From the NCBI GenBank assembly GCA_965203905.1, contig CBDBDQ010000005.1:7360001-7424000 (forward strand): 64,000 bases of DNA, written 5' to 3'. A model generated the notes under the pieces. It made no database searches, had not been told where the DNA came from, and saw only the letters and a program-made list of their open reading frames with translations. Each line of letters starts with the position of its first letter. The first letter of the stretch is position 1. Made by a program: the position numbers and the translations under genes. The stretch comes from Spirochaetia bacterium. GTDB taxonomy: Bacteria > Spirochaetota > Spirochaetia > SZUA-6 > Bin103. Below, piece after piece: positions 1 to 9,320 of this stretch.

Positions 1-61
1 CACCGAAGCCGAGGCTCAGCGCGGCGCGCGCCGACGACCAGCGTGTCGCGGCCCGTTCCAC
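1..61 (-). CDS. 5' fragment of probable HlyD/PrtE-family type I secretion membrane fusion protein (runs off window)
   Basis: GTG at 61, 9 nt after the ABC ATPase stop; reads VERAATRWSSARAALSLGFG, resembling the W-S-A-R...hydrophobic N-terminus of PrtE-type adaptors; expected gene order. Only 20 codons visible. Confidence 0.45.
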   Translation of the reverse strand, partial: MERAATRWSSARAALSLGFG

Positions 62-70
62 CGCCGTCCG

Positions 71-1942
71 CTACGACGCGCCGGGCTGCGCGCCCGGCTC
101 GGGGAGTGTCTCGGTGGCGGCCGCGTCCGAGGGAGCGGCGCGAGCGCCCACCACGCGCTCGATGGCACGGGCAATCTGCTTCTCCCGTGCCGGGTCAGGG
201 GTGGCGGAGCGTCCATTCGCGGGCTGCCTGGTGGGCACTCTGCGCCCACCCGCGGCCGGTGCGCGCCGCGCCGGCGGCGGGCGGCGCCGCGCCCGCGCCG
301 GGACCGGCCGTCCGCCCTCCATCAGGTACACCCGGTCGCACTGGGCGAAGGCGCCGTGGCGGTGCGCCACGATCACCGCCGCGCCCGCGCGCGCCTTGTG
401 CTCCTTTACCGCTGCGGCGAGCGCCATGGTGCCCTCGGCGTCCAGGTTGGAGTCCGGTTCGTCCATCACCACCACCACCGGGGAGCCGTAGAACGCGCGC
501 GCCAGGGCGATGCGCTGGCGCTGACCGCCCGACAGCGCCGCGCCGCCCGCCGACACCTGGAAGTCGTACCCGCCGGGCAGCTTCAGGATCATTTCGTGCG
601 CCCCGGTACGCTTGGCGGCCTCGACCACCGCCGCGGCGTCGGGCACCGGTGCCAGGCGCGCGATGTTTTCCGCCACGGTACCGTCGAACAGCACCACTTC
701 CTGTGGCAGGTAGCCGATGTGGCGCCCCAGCTCAGCCGTGCCGTAGTGGTCCAGCTCGGCGCCGTCGAGCCGCACCGACCCCGCGAGCGGCCGCCACACC
801 CCGGCAAGGGCGCGCGCCAATGTCGACTTGCCCGAGGCGGAGGCGCCGGCGATCCCCGCCGCCTGCCCGGCCTCCAGCCGCAACGACGCTCCCCGCACCA
901 CCGCGTACCGCGTGCCCGGCGGCGCCACGATGAGGTTCTGCGCCTCCAGCCTGGCGCGCGGCGCAGGCAGCGCCGTCCGCGGCTCCTCCGACGGCGTATC
1001 GCCGAGCAGCTTTCCGAGCTCGCGCCACGCCTCCACCGCGCGCTGCAGCCGCGGCCAGTACCCGACCGCCTGGTCGATCGGAGCCAGCGCCCGCCCCAGC
1101 AGGATCGAACCGGCGATCATGATCCCGGGCGTCACCTCGCCGCGCAGCGCCAGCAACGCCCCCAGACCCAGCATCATCGACTGCAGGAACAGGCGCAGGG
1201 TCTTGGTGAGCGCCAGGTAGAGCCCGTTGCGATCGGATGCCGCGAGGGTCTTGTCGAGGAGGCGGTTGCGCAGCGCCCGAGAACGCGCCAGCACGGCGTC
1301 GAGCATGCCGAGGCCCTGTACCGTCTCGCCTCCGGCACGCACCTGCTCGATGAAGTGGGTGGCATGTGCGGTGGCCTCCCCCGCCTCGCGCTGCAGCGCC
1401 CCGGTGCGGGCCTGGTTGATCAGCGCCACCGCGAGCAGCAGGAAGCCCGAGAACACGGCCAGCACGCCCAGCATCCAGTGGAACACGAACAGCACGAACA
1501 GGAACACCGGAGTCCACGGGGCATCGAAGAAGGTGAACGCCCCCGGACTGGACGCGAACCGTTGAATCGCCTCCAGATCGTTCAGGCCGGTGGCCGGGCG
1601 CGAGCGCTCGGCCGGCGCCACGGAGCGCACCATGATCGCCCGCAGCACGCGCGGGTCGAGCCGTTCCTGCAGGCGCGCTCCGACCCGGGCGAGGACCCGC
1701 CCGCGGGCATGATCGAGCACACCCATGAGCAGGAACAGGAACGCCACCAGGGCGGCGAGGGTAGCCAGCGTCGCGTCCGAACGGGAACTCAGCACCCGGT
1801 CGTAGATCTGCAGCATGAACAGCGGCCCGGTCAGCATCAGCACGTTCACCGCCATGCTGAACAGGCCGCATGCCACGAACAGCCGCCGGCTCTCCGCGAG
1901 CGCCGCGCGGATCTCCCGGTCGCCGTTTCGGTTGTCCGTCAT
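71..1942 (-). CDS. Type I secretion system ABC permease/ATPase (PrtD/AprD family)
   Basis: N-terminal LMLTGPLFMLQIYDRVL and FDAPW TM-domain motifs; Walker A GASASGKS, signature LSGGQRQR, Walker B VMDEP; no C39 domain; Pro/Ala/Arg-rich tail. Confidence 0.93.
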   Translation of the reverse strand: MTDNRNGDREIRAALAESRRLFVACGLFSMAVNVLMLTGPLFMLQIYDRVLSSRSDATLATLAALVAFLFLLMGVLDHARGRVLARVGARLQERLDPRVLRAIMVRSVAPAERSRPATGLNDLEAIQRFASSPGAFTFFDAPWTPVFLFVLFVFHWMLGVLAVFSGFLLLAVALINQARTGALQREAGEATAHATHFIEQVRAGGETVQGLGMLDAVLARSRALRNRLLDKTLAASDRNGLYLALTKTLRLFLQSMMLGLGALLALRGEVTPGIMIAGSILLGRALAPIDQAVGYWPRLQRAVEAWRELGKLLGDTPSEEPRTALPAPRARLEAQNLIVAPPGTRYAVVRGASLRLEAGQAAGIAGASASGKSTLARALAGVWRPLAGSVRLDGAELDHYGTAELGRHIGYLPQEVVLFDGTVAENIARLAPVPDAAAVVEAAKRTGAHEMILKLPGGYDFQVSAGGAALSGGQRQRIALARAFYGSPVVVVMDEPDSNLDAEGTMALAAAVKEHKARAGAAVIVAHRHGAFAQCDRVYLMEGGRPVPARARRRPPPARRAPAAGGRRVPTRQPANGRSATPDPAREKQIARAIERVVGARAAPSDAAATETLPEPGAQPGAS

Positions 1943-1988
1943 TCGTTACGGTATCGGCAGCCCCGTGAAGCTGGCCGCTGCGACGGGA

Positions 1989-3596
1989 TCACATACCGTC
2001 CTCGACGGTCGCCTCCGCGAACACGAAGTCGGCGGCGTCCAGGTCGGAGACGGCGACGTTCTCCAGCCGTACGGAGCCGGCGCCGTGCGAGCTGAGGTCG
2101 ATCACCACGTCGCCGCCGTCGGCGCTGATGCTCAGGTCGTCGAACCCGGTGATGCCGGAAAGGTTGCTGAGGTCGATGTGATCCTTGCCGTCGGTAAAGT
2201 CGCCGATCGTGGTCAGGGTCTGTCCCGCCTCGACCACGAAGGTGTCGGCACCCGCGCCGCCGTGCGCGTAGTTGCTGCCGGTGCCGGCGTTGATGGTGTC
2301 GTCGCCGGCGCCGCCGAAGATCGTGTCGTCACCGGCACCGCCCCGGAGGTCGTCGGCTCCCTCGTTGCCGAAGATCCAGTCGTCGCCGCCGCCGCCATCG
2401 AGCGTATCGGCGCCCTCGGCCCCGATGAGGGTGTCGTGGAACTCGCCTCCCGTCGCCTCCGTTTCGGCCTCGCTGCCGATGAACAGCGTGCCGGAGGTGC
2501 TCTCCGTGGCGAACTGGAAGATGTCGGCCGTGACATCGGTGGAGGCCACGCCCTGCAGCGTGATGGTGCCGGCGTCGTCCCCGGGCAGGGTGATGACCGT
2601 CCCGGTGCCGTCTTCGGTGGCGGCGATGGTCAGGTCGTCGAAGTCGACGTCGGTGCCGAACGCGGTGAGGTCGATCCTGTCGTCGGCGGTGCTGAAGTCG
2701 GTGATGGTATCGGCGCCGTCCCCCGGCTCGAACACGAAGATGTCGCGGCCGCCGCCGCCGGTCATGGTGTCGTCGCCGGTGCCGCCGGTGATGATCTCGT
2801 TCGCCGTGGTCCCGGTAATCGTGTCGTCGCCGGCGTTCGAGAACTCGAACAGGTCCCGGGTGACGTTTTCGGGAGCGATGCCCTCCAACGTAATGGTGAC
2901 GGCGTCGCCGGTCATGGCTCCCGGCACCGTGATGACCGATCCGGTGCCGTACGCAGTCGCGGTGATGGTCAGGTCGTCGAACGAGAGGTCCGTGCCGAAC
3001 TGCGACAGGTTGATGGTGTCCGCGGCCGTGTCGAAGTCGGTGATGGAATCGGCGCCGTCGCCCGGACCGAACACAAAGGTGTCGGCGCCCGCTCCGCCGG
3101 TGAGAGCGTCGGTGCCGCTGCCGCCCACAAGGATGTCGTTACCTTCGCCGCCGTAGAGTACGTCGTGGCCAGCGCCACCGACCAGGAGATCCCCCTGGTC
3201 ACCGCCCCTGATGGTGTCGTTCCCGCTGTCGCCCAGAAGGAGGTCGGAGCCGGTGCCGCCCTTGATGAGGTCGTCACCGCTGCCACCGCGAATGATGTCG
3301 CTACCGGCCTGCCCGCTCAGGGTGTCGTCACCGCTGCCGCCCATGATGACGTCGTGGCCGGCGCCACCCTTGACGGTGTCGTCACCGCTGCCGCCGAACA
3401 GGAAGTCGGTGTTGCTGCCGCCGGAGATGGTATCGTTACCGCCCTCGCCCATGACGACGTCGACGCCGCCCTCGGCGTGAATCTCGTCGGCTCCTTCCGT
3501 ACCGACGATGATGTCGGTGCCTTGGGTGCCGTAGTAAGCCTCGGAGGTCTGCTGATCCTCCGTGTTCTGGGAGTCGGGATTCTGTGGATCCGACAT
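1989..3596 (-). CDS. RTX-type calcium-binding secreted protein (T1SS cargo, no recognisable catalytic domain)
   Basis: Many GGxGxDxL/I nonapeptides; very acidic; no N-terminal signal peptide; strong SD GAGGAGG before the ATG; directly upstream of the T1SS ATPase. Confidence 0.9.
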   Translation of the reverse strand: MSDPQNPDSQNTEDQQTSEAYYGTQGTDIIVGTEGADEIHAEGGVDVVMGEGGNDTISGGSNTDFLFGGSGDDTVKGGAGHDVIMGGSGDDTLSGQAGSDIIRGGSGDDLIKGGTGSDLLLGDSGNDTIRGGDQGDLLVGGAGHDVLYGGEGNDILVGGSGTDALTGGAGADTFVFGPGDGADSITDFDTAADTINLSQFGTDLSFDDLTITATAYGTGSVITVPGAMTGDAVTITLEGIAPENVTRDLFEFSNAGDDTITGTTANEIITGGTGDDTMTGGGGRDIFVFEPGDGADTITDFSTADDRIDLTAFGTDVDFDDLTIAATEDGTGTVITLPGDDAGTITLQGVASTDVTADIFQFATESTSGTLFIGSEAETEATGGEFHDTLIGAEGADTLDGGGGDDWIFGNEGADDLRGGAGDDTIFGGAGDDTINAGTGSNYAHGGAGADTFVVEAGQTLTTIGDFTDGKDHIDLSNLSGITGFDDLSISADGGDVVIDLSSHGAGSVRLENVAVSDLDAADFVFAEATVEDGM

Positions 3597-3659
3597 GATT
3601 GCCTCCTCGAATTAGATTATTGAACAGCCTATTTTCATAGTACCGGATCATGTGAGCCG

Positions 3660-3853
3660 CCCGATTGACCCCCGATAGCCCCGAATCCTCGCCGACGGTA
3701 CGCGATTTCGTAAGTTTGCACGCGACTTCGTAAAATGGTCACGATATACTTTCACAGTGCAATTGTGTTGGACTTTCAGCACTCGCGAATGGAAGAAAAA
3801 TTCGCGAAGTTCACCAAATAGTTCGCCATTTCGTCATTTCGTCATTTCGCAAG
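3660..3853. promoter_or_regulatory. AT-richer divergent regulatory region with direct-repeat arrays
   Basis: ACGCGAyTTCGTAA twice at 20-bp period (3700-3713, 3720-3733); CATTTCGy three times in tandem (3827-3850); TTCGCGAA palindrome at 3801-3808; lies between the divergent RTX and gnd genes. Confidence 0.5.
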
Positions 3854-4005
3854 TTGACCGGAATCGATCGACGGTGCGATGAGCGGACGCCGGGGTCAAA
3901 TCCGGCTGCTGCTGGAGCCGGCGCGGCTCCGGTGCCTGGGTCAACCTCCGGTGGTTGCGCCCGCGCCACGATCCGGCCACAATACCGGCCGTCCGATCCA
4001 TAACT

Positions 4006-5451
4006 ATGAGCACTCAGACGCAGGCAGATATCGGCGTCGTCGGTATGGCAGTCATGGGCCAGAACCTGGCCCTCAACATCGAGAGCCGCGGCTACACCGT
4101 GGCGGTCTACAATCGCACCCAGAGCACGCTGCAGGAGTTCGTGCAGCGCGCCGCCGGCAGGCGCCTGGTGCCGGCCACGTCGCTGGCGGCGCTGGCCGCT
4201 TCACTCGCGCGGCCGCGCAGGGTGCTGCTGATGGTGCAGGCCGGCGCCGCCGTCGACCGCGTGATCGCCGACCTGCAGCCCCACCTGGAGCCCGGTGACA
4301 TCCTGATCGACGGCGGCAACTCCTACTTCGTCGACACCGTCAGGCGCGCGCGGCAGGCAACCGAGTCGGGGCTGCGTTACATCGGCACCGGCGTCTCCGG
4401 CGGCGAGGAGGGCGCCCTGCACGGGCCCAGCATCATGCCCGGCGGCGACCGCGACGCCTACGAGGAGCTGGCGCCGATCCTCGGCGCCATCGCCGCCCGG
4501 GTCGACGACGAGCCCTGCTGCACCTACATCGGCGCCGACGGCGCCGGACATTACGTGAAGATGGTGCACAACGGGATCGAGTACGGCGACATGCAGCTCA
4601 TCGGCGAGGCCTACGCGTTCATGAAGCTGGCCCTGGGCATGAGCCACGCCGAGATGCAGGCCACCTTCGCCGAGTGGAACCGCGGCGAGCTGGACTCCTA
4701 CCTGATCGAGATCACCGCCGACATCCTCGCCAAGACCGACCCGGAGACCGGCAGGCCGCTGGTGGAGGTGATCCTGGACCAGGCCGGGCAGAAGGGCACC
4801 GGCAAGTGGACCAGCCAGTCGGCGCTGGACCTGGGGGTGCCGGCACCCACCATCGCGGAAGCGGTGTTCGCGCGCTTCGTGTCCGCCCTGAAGCAGGAGC
4901 GGGTTGCCGCCGCCGAACGTCTGCAAGGCCCCGCCCGCTCGTTCTCCGGTGACCCCGACAAATTCCTGGAGGCGCTACGCAAGGCGCTGTACGCCTCCAA
5001 GATCTGCTCCTACGCCCAGGGGTTCGGCCTGATGCGGGCAGCCGCGCAGGAACATGGGTGGGACCTGGACTACGGTGCCATCGCCATGATCTGGCGCGGC
5101 GGCTGCATCATCCGCGCCAAGTTCCTCGGCAAGATCAAGGAGGCCTACGACCGCGACCCGGCCCTGGCCAACCTGCTGCTGGATCCCTACTTCACCGACA
5201 TCGTGCATGACGGCCAGCGCGAGTGGCGCGAGGTCGTGGCCACTGCCGCCACCATCGGTATACCGGTGCCCGCGTTCTCGTCCGCGCTGAGCTACTACGA
5301 CAGCTACCGCTCGGCCACGCTGTCGGCCAACATGATTCAGGCGCAGCGCGACTACTTCGGCGCCCACACCTACGGGCGGGTGGACCGCCCGGGCGTGTTC
5401 CACACCGAATGGCTGGCCGGCGCGCAGCCGCCGGCACGACAACTAAGATGA
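4006..5451 (+). CDS. gndA: NADP-dependent 6-phosphogluconate dehydrogenase, decarboxylating
   Basis: GMAVMG...YNRT nucleotide-binding motif, [35 protein letters not shown]; start placed at ATG 4006. Confidence 0.97.
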   Translation: MSTQTQADIGVVGMAVMGQNLALNIESRGYTVAVYNRTQSTLQEFVQRAAGRRLVPATSLAALAASLARPRRVLLMVQAGAAVDRVIADLQPHLEPGDILIDGGNSYFVDTVRRARQATESGLRYIGTGVSGGEEGALHGPSIMPGGDRDAYEELAPILGAIAARVDDEPCCTYIGADGAGHYVKMVHNGIEYGDMQLIGEAYAFMKLALGMSHAEMQATFAEWNRGELDSYLIEITADILAKTDPETGRPLVEVILDQAGQKGTGKWTSQSALDLGVPAPTIAEAVFARFVSALKQERVAAAERLQGPARSFSGDPDKFLEALRKALYASKICSYAQGFGLMRAAAQEHGWDLDYGAIAMIWRGGCIIRAKFLGKIKEAYDRDPALANLLLDPYFTDIVHDGQREWREVVATAATIGIPVPAFSSALSYYDSYRSATLSANMIQAQRDYFGAHTYGRVDRPGVFHTEWLAGAQPPARQLR

Positions 5452-6284
5452 GCGAGATGACAGACAAGAGCTACGTGGAACGCACCTTCGGGCTGCACGA
5501 CCAGGTGGTGGCACTGGCCGGCGGGGGCGGCACCATCGCCCTGGCCCTGGCCGAGGCGTTTCTCGAAGCCGGTGCCCGGGTAGCGATCTGGAGTCGCCGG
5601 CAGGAGACGGTGGACGCCGCCCTGGAGCAGCTCGGCAGCGACGCCGAGCGCCGCGGACGGCTGTGCGGCGTGCAGGCCGACGCCGGTCAAGAGGCCGCCG
5701 TGGACGCGGCCCTGGAGGCGACCGTCGCGGCGCTCGGCGCGCCCACGGTGCTGCTCAACGGGGTTGGCGGCAACCGCGGGAAGGGTGCGTTCAACGACAT
5801 CGACGTGCCCCTGTTCGAGGAGGTGCTGCGGCTCAACCTGGTGGCCGGCCTGGTGGTGCCGACCAAGCGCACCGCGGCGTTCTGGATCGCGCGCGGCAGC
5901 GGCGGCTGCATCATCAACGTCGCCTCGATGGCATCCTACGTCCCGCTCTCGGGGGTGTGGGCCTACAATGCCGCCAAGGCGGGCGTCGTCAACCTCACCA
6001 TGGCCTGCGCCAAGGAGTACGCCGCACACGGGATCCGCGTCAACGCGATCGCCCCGGGGTTCATCGTCGCCAACCAGAACCGGCGCCTGCTGATCAAGGA
6101 CGACGCCACCGGCGAGCTGACCGAGCGCGGCCGGCAGATCATCGACCACACCCCGTTCGGACGCTTCGCGGATGCCGGGGAGATGACCGGTGCCGCCCTG
6201 TTCCTGGCCAGCGCGGCGGCGGCCGGCTTCATCACCGGCGTCACCATTCCCATCGACGGTGGCTACCTGATCGACAACGTATGA
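5448..6284 (+). CDS. SDR-family oxidoreductase, D-mannonate oxidoreductase (UxuB/fructuronate reductase)-like
   Basis: GGGGTIA, NGVGGN, catalytic YNAAK, and [16 protein letters not shown]...GELT.RG..I..HTP.GRF typical of the mannonate oxidoreductase SDR subfamily; ATGA overlap with gnd. Confidence 0.8.
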   Translation: MSEMTDKSYVERTFGLHDQVVALAGGGGTIALALAEAFLEAGARVAIWSRRQETVDAALEQLGSDAERRGRLCGVQADAGQEAAVDAALEATVAALGAPTVLLNGVGGNRGKGAFNDIDVPLFEEVLRLNLVAGLVVPTKRTAAFWIARGSGGCIINVASMASYVPLSGVWAYNAAKAGVVNLTMACAKEYAAHGIRVNAIAPGFIVANQNRRLLIKDDATGELTERGRQIIDHTPFGRFADAGEMTGAALFLASAAAAGFITGVTIPIDGGYLIDNV

Positions 6285-6303
6285 GCTACCCTGTGAGCGC
6301 AAC

Positions 6304-7218
6304 ATGAGTGACGGCAGCCACGGCAACGAGCTGCGTGACCTGCAGCCCGAGCATTCCTTTTTCGTCGGCATAGACTCCGACGGCTGTGCTTTTCCCAGCA
6401 TGGAGCTGAAGCACAAGGAGTGCTTCATCCCCGAAATCGTGCGCCATTTCGCGCTGCAGCCGATCTCGAAGTACGTGCGCGAGGCGGCCGAATTCGTCAA
6501 CCTGTACTCGCAGTGGCGCGGCGCGAACCGGTTCCAGGCGCTGCTCAAGGTGATGGACCTGTTGCTGGAGCGCCCCGAGGTACAGCGCACGACGACCGCG
6601 GTGCCGCGCCTGTCGCGGCTGCGGGAGTGGGCGCGGAGCGCCCCCAGCCTGGCCAACCCGGAGTTGATGGTAGCGGTGCGCGAGAGCAACGACGCGGAGC
6701 TGCGCCAGGTGCTCGACTGGTCCAACGCCGTGAACGCCGCCATCGCACGCATGGTGCAGGGAGTCCCGCCGTTTCCCGGCGTGGAGCAGATCCTGCGGCG
6801 CCTGCAGGGACAGGCGGACGTGGTGGTGGTCTCGGCGACCCCCGGCGACGCGCTGCAACGCGAGTGGGAGGAACACCGGCTCGACCGTTACGTGCGGGCC
6901 ATCGCCGGCCAGGAGATGGGCAGCAAGAGCGAGCACCTGAAGCAGGCGGCCGGCGGCAAGTACGCGCCCGGCCATATTCTGATGGTGGGCGACGCGCCCG
7001 GAGACTGGCGCGCGGCGCAGACCGTGGAGGCCCGGTTCTTCCCCATCGTGCCGGGGTTGGAAGAGGAGTGCTGGCAGCGGCTGCAGGACGAGGCACTGGC
7101 CCGGTTCTTCGCCGGCACCTATGCCGGCACCTACGAGACGGCCCAGGTGCAGGAGTTCCAGCGCCTGTTGCCGGAGCAGCCGCCGTGGACGGAGAGCGCC
7201 GCCGGAGCGGCGGGCTGA
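6304..7218 (+). CDS. HAD-superfamily hydrolase (probable phosphatase)
   Basis: Motif I IDSDG, motif II VVSAT, motif III Lys, motif IV VGDAPGD. Confidence 0.85.
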   Translation: MSDGSHGNELRDLQPEHSFFVGIDSDGCAFPSMELKHKECFIPEIVRHFALQPISKYVREAAEFVNLYSQWRGANRFQALLKVMDLLLERPEVQRTTTAVPRLSRLREWARSAPSLANPELMVAVRESNDAELRQVLDWSNAVNAAIARMVQGVPPFPGVEQILRRLQGQADVVVVSATPGDALQREWEEHRLDRYVRAIAGQEMGSKSEHLKQAAGGKYAPGHILMVGDAPGDWRAAQTVEARFFPIVPGLEEECWQRLQDEALARFFAGTYAGTYETAQVQEFQRLLPEQPPWTESAAGAAG

Positions 7219-7234
7219 GCGAGGAGGCAGGCAG

Positions 7235-8500
7235 GTGGCACAGGTAGAGGTAACGACCCCGCGGAACACCGCAACGCAGTGGGACCTTGCTGCGGTGTGT
7301 GCGCAGATCGAGGCCGGCACGCCCGCCCACCTGGTGGAGAACCGGCGGGTGCTGGCGGTGACCCCCGACACCACGCGCACCGCGCCGATGCCGTTGCTGG
7401 TACGCGCGGTCCAGGAGGTGATCGGATCACGCGCCGCACGGCTCGACTACATGGTGGCGCTGGGCACGCACCCCGTGATGAGCGAGCAGGGCATTCTCGA
7501 CCTCTTCGGCGTCTCCGCCGCCGCCAGGGAGCGCGACTTCGCCGGTTCCCGGTTCATGAACCACCGTTGGGACCTGGACGATACGCTGGTCCGGATCGGC
7601 CGCTTCGAGGAACGCGAGATCTCCGAGCTCACCGGCGGCCTGTTCGCGGAGGCGATCGACGTCACCATCAACCGCGCCATTTTCGAGTACGACCTGATCC
7701 TGATCGTCGGACCGGTGTTTCCGCACGAGATCGTCGGCTTCTCGGGCGGCCACAAGTACCTGTTCCCCGGTATCTCGGGCGGCGAGTTCCTGGACTTCTT
7801 CCACTGGCTGTCGGCGGTGATTACCTGCCGCAAGACCATCGGCCAACGCGACACGCCCGCCCGCGCGGTGGTGGAGCGGGCCGCCGAGATGGTGGACGTG
7901 CCGCGCCACCTGATCGCCATGGTGGTGACCTCCGGCAGCGGGCTGGAGGGCCTCTACGTCGGCGCCCCCGAGTCCGCCTGGCCGCAGGCGGTGGCGCACT
8001 CGGCGCGGGTGCACGTGGTACGCAAGCCGCGCGCATTCCACACCGTGTTCGGCCACGCGCCGGCCATGTACGACGAGATGTGGGTCGGCGGCAAGGTCAT
8101 GTACAAGCTGGAGCCGGTAGTGGCCGACGGCGGCACCCTGATCGTCTACGGTCCCCACATCCACGAGATCTCGCGCACCTGGGGCAGCTACCTGGAACAG
8201 GTGGGGTACCACGTGGCCGACTACTTCCAGACCCGCATGCAGCAGTTCCGGAACGTACCGCGCGGGGTGCTGGCCCACTCCGCCCTGGTAAAGGGCGAGG
8301 GCAGCTACCGGGACGGTGTCGAGCAGCCGCGCATCGACGTAGCCCTCGCCACCGGGCTGAGCGCGGAAGTGTGCGCACGCATCAACCTCGGCTACCTCGA
8401 TCCCGCCACGCTCGACCCGAACGACTACCGCAACCGCGAACAGGAGGGGATCCTCTACGTGGACCATGCCGGCGAGACGTTGCACCTGGTCGGCGACTGA
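7235..8500 (+). CDS. LarA-superfamily (nickel-pincer) hydroxyacid racemase/epimerase, probably D-gluconate/D-mannonate 2-epimerase (GntE-like)
   Basis: PDTTR, ALGTH, FPHEIVGFSGGHKYLFPG and GKVMYK LarA motifs; GTG start at 7235 with SD GAGGAGG. Confidence 0.85.
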   Translation: MAQVEVTTPRNTATQWDLAAVCAQIEAGTPAHLVENRRVLAVTPDTTRTAPMPLLVRAVQEVIGSRAARLDYMVALGTHPVMSEQGILDLFGVSAAARERDFAGSRFMNHRWDLDDTLVRIGRFEEREISELTGGLFAEAIDVTINRAIFEYDLILIVGPVFPHEIVGFSGGHKYLFPGISGGEFLDFFHWLSAVITCRKTIGQRDTPARAVVERAAEMVDVPRHLIAMVVTSGSGLEGLYVGAPESAWPQAVAHSARVHVVRKPRAFHTVFGHAPAMYDEMWVGGKVMYKLEPVVADGGTLIVYGPHIHEISRTWGSYLEQVGYHVADYFQTRMQQFRNVPRGVLAHSALVKGEGSYRDGVEQPRIDVALATGLSAEVCARINLGYLDPATLDPNDYRNREQEGILYVDHAGETLHLVGD

Positions 8501-9320
8501 GAGCCGCGCCGGCAGCCGCGCCGGCCGCTGCCTCCTGTTCCTCGACTTCGACGGCGTGGTCTGCGACTCGGAGCGGGAGTGCTTCGTCAGCAGCTGGCTC
8601 ACCTACCGCGAGTTGTGCGCGCCGGACAGCGGCCCCGAGCGGATCTCGCTGCAGTCGCGGCGCCGGTTCCGCGAGCTGCGCCCGCTGATTCGCTCGGGCG
8701 AGGACTACGTGGTGATTCAGCACATCCTGGCACGCGAGGCGGCGCAGCCCGAATACCGCGGCCCGGCGTCCCAGGATGCCTTCGACGCCTGCCGCCGCGC
8801 CCTCGGGGCACAACGCATCGCCACCTACAAGCGAGCCATGGCGGCGACCCGCGACCGTTTTCTGCAGCAGGACAAGGCGGGCTGGCTGGCGCTCAACCGC
8901 ATCTATCCTCACATGCGAGCCCTGCTGACCGGGTCCGACCTGGACAGCGTGCGCATCCTCTCCACCAAGGCGGCGCCGCTGGTGTGCGAGATCCTGCGGG
9001 CGCATGCGATCCCGCTCCCGGATGACGCCGTGTTCCATGCCGCCAGCAACCCGGACGGCACCGACACCCGCAAGCTGGACTTGATCGCCGCCCAGCTCGA
9101 TGCGGTTCCCGGCGCGCACGCCCTGTTCGTCGAGGACCAGCTCGATCACCTGCTCGACAACGAGGATGCGCGCATCGCCACCTTTCTCGCCGACTGGGGA
9201 TACGTCCTGCCGCACTGGCTGGGGCAGGCCGACCACCTCCTGCGCCACGGAGTGCAGGTGATCGACAGCGCCCGGATGGCTGCCCTGTTCCAACGCGCAA
9301 CGCGCCGCGCGAGCGGTTGA
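8466..9320 (+). CDS. HAD-like hydrolase
   Basis: LFLDFDGVVCDS motif I, ILSTK, FVEDQ and LADWGY; start uncertain (overlaps the upstream gene by 35 nt). Confidence 0.75.
   Translation: MPARRCTWSATESRAGSRAGRCLLFLDFDGVVCDSERECFVSSWLTYRELCAPDSGPERISLQSRRRFRELRPLIRSGEDYVVIQHILAREAAQPEYRGPASQDAFDACRRALGAQRIATYKRAMAATRDRFLQQDKAGWLALNRIYPHMRALLTGSDLDSVRILSTKAAPLVCEILRAHAIPLPDDAVFHAASNPDGTDTRKLDLIAAQLDAVPGAHALFVEDQLDHLLDNEDARIATFLADWGYVLPHWLGQADHLLRHGVQVIDSARMAALFQRATRRASG

Noticed and set aside
3695-3735. Sigma54 promoter-like strings (GGTACGCGATTTCGT, TTGCACGCGACTTCGT)
   Set aside because: They lack the invariant GC at -12, and the second also lacks GG at -24.
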